Source: Candidatus Eiseniibacteriota bacterium (GTDB taxonomy: Bacteria > Eisenbacteria > RBG-16-71-46). From it: 15,272 bases of DNA. Within the stretch, counting starts at the first letter, position 1, and each line of letters opens with the position of its first letter. Positions 14,132 to 15,272 of the stretch are shown here, piece by piece. Location of the stretch: the NCBI GenBank assembly GCA_031366795.1, contig JANLOX010000115.1, positions 1-15,272 on the forward strand. The letters run 5' to 3'. The notes under the pieces were generated by a model that saw only the letters and a program-made list of their open reading frames with translations, made no database searches and was not told where the DNA came from. A program made the translations under genes and the position numbers.

Positions 14132-14818
14132 ATGAAGAGATTCGCTCTCGCAGCAGTTTTGTGCGTGTCCGTGCTCACCGCGGGCATCGCCCTTGCCGAA
14201 TCGCCTGCCGAGGAAGCCGCCAAGCAGGGCAAGAAGATCACCGACGCCTCGGCCGTCTACCATGAATTGGTCACGGCAACCGACCAGTCGGTGCCCAAGG
14301 AATTGATGGAGAAATGCAAGTGCATCGCGGTGCTGCCGGGTGTCATCAAGGCGGCCGTGGGTTATGGCGCGCGGCACGGTAGCGGTGTGATGACCTGCCG
14401 CACGGCCACCGGTTGGAGCGCGCCGGCGTTCGTCAACATCAGCGGTGGTAGCGTCGGCTTCCAGCTGGGTGCTGAGTCGACCGACCTCGTGCTGTTCTTC
14501 ATGACGGATCGTGGCGCGCGTTCGCTCGTCAACGGAACGCGGCTCACGCTGGGCGGCAAGGCGAGTGTCGCGGCCGGTCCGTTCGGCCGCAGCGGCGAAG
14601 CCGCAACCAACCTCGAACTGAAGTCCGAGATCTATTCGTACGCCAAGTCCAAGGGGTTGTTCGCGGGTCTGTCGATCGAAGGCGCGCGGTTAGCGCCGAA
14701 TGCGACGGACATCGCGCGCTACTACGGCCGTGGCGTCACCTACAAGCAGTTGCTGTTCGGCAAGGCGCCGGCGAGGGTTCCCATCGAGGCCACGACGTTC
14801 ACCGCAACGCTGCCGTAG
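14132..14818 (+). CDS. Lipid-binding SYLF (Ysc84) domain protein, exported
   Basis: GGAGGT SD at 14121-14126. Signal peptide ending ALA. Motifs IAVLPGVIKA...G...GSGV, WSAPAF, GGSVGFQLG, DLVL, ASVAAGP.GR, IYSYAKSKGLFAG.S.EG. Confidence 0.92.
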   Translation: MKRFALAAVLCVSVLTAGIALAESPAEEAAKQGKKITDASAVYHELVTATDQSVPKELMEKCKCIAVLPGVIKAAVGYGARHGSGVMTCRTATGWSAPAFVNISGGSVGFQLGAESTDLVLFFMTDRGARSLVNGTRLTLGGKASVAAGPFGRSGEAATNLELKSEIYSYAKSKGLFAGLSIEGARLAPNATDIARYYGRGVTYKQLLFGKAPARVPIEATTFTATLP

Positions 14819-14845
14819 CGCCTGGCATCGCCAGCACAAGTTGAG

Positions 14846-14894
14846 AACGCGTGCCGCGGGCGCCCAGGGATTGGGTGCCTGCGGTTACGTGTTT
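14846..14894 (+). terminator. Long hairpin downstream of the SYLF gene; probable terminator
   Basis: AACGCGTG-CCGCGGGCGCCCA-gggat-TGGGTGCCTGCGG-t-TACGTGTT: about 21 bp with several G-U pairs (plus-strand folding), ending in a short T run. Confidence 0.6.
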
Positions 14895-15037
14895 GCGCGG
14901 GGTACGGCGGAGACCCGGAGGCGCAGATGCCGCGGGTGCCAACGGTCCGCGCGGACAGTCGGGGTCTCGCACTCCGGGTCGATGCGGGGCCGTCTTCATA
15001 GGCGGGGCATGTTCCACCTCCAGGACCTCGTGCGGAA

Positions 15038-15272
15038 CTACTCGCGCGCCTTGGGCTCGCGGTTCGAAATCCTGCCCACGATCAGGTCGCCGATCTCCGC
15101 GTGGAGGTCCTTCCAAACGTGCGGCGGGATGTAAAGCCGGTGCAGGCCGTCGTCACGGCACTCGAGGTCCGCCTCGAACTCGTCGCCGCCGATCACCACG
15201 CGCACCGAATGCGCCGCGTCGCGCGGTGCTTTGAGGGCGCGCGACAGGTGCATGGGCAGGTCGATGCTGATG
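15038..15272 (-). CDS. 3' part of a DUF1905-like hypothetical protein (partial; start lies beyond the window end)
   Basis: Frame is open from the window end: ISIDLPMHLSRALKAPRDAAHSVRVVIGGDEFEADLECRDDGLHRLYIPPHVWKDLHAEIGDLIVGRI. This fits the DUF1905 pattern (vP..v.......V.v.i.g..f...l....G.h.l.i......l....GD.v). Confidence 0.55.
   Translation of the reverse strand, partial: ISIDLPMHLSRALKAPRDAAHSVRVVIGGDEFEADLECRDDGLHRLYIPPHVWKDLHAEIGDLIVGRISNREPKARE

Noticed and set aside
13902..14135. 77-aa ORF, or a known riboswitch, in the DinB-SYLF gap
   Set aside because: The ORF has no SD or recognisable motif. I could not match conserved cores of c-di-GMP, TPP, SAM or cobalamin riboswitches by eye; an Rfam scan would settle it.

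Overview
High-GC bacterial chromosomal window with no CRISPR array, tRNA/rRNA or mobile element that I can support. It opens with the 3' end of a gene carrying a T9SS type A/FlgD-like C-terminal domain. A minus-strand cluster follows: rpsT, a small exported/membrane protein and an FN3 + beta-propeller lipoprotein. Divergent from rpsT is a tightly packed plus-strand run: uvrC, xerD, an outer-membrane beta-barrel, a beta-CASP metallo-beta-lactamase nuclease, a YqhH-like SNF2 ATPase and a YqhG-like protein with a C-terminal zinc finger. After that come a membrane-anchored TPR protein, a GH57 glycoside hydrolase, a DinB-family protein, a SYLF/Ysc84 protein and a partial DUF1905-like gene on the minus strand. 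The best candidate for a new system is the nuclease/SNF2/partner trio (5843-10391), linked by GTGA stop/start overlaps. Its SNF2 carries an N-terminal domain that closely resembles the RNA-polymerase-binding Tudor C-terminal domain of UvrD/PcrA, and the partner has histone-H1-like AARKP repeats. My hypothesis is a module that clears stalled transcription complexes, co-expressed with uvrC. All family calls come from motifs recognised by eye; no searches were run.
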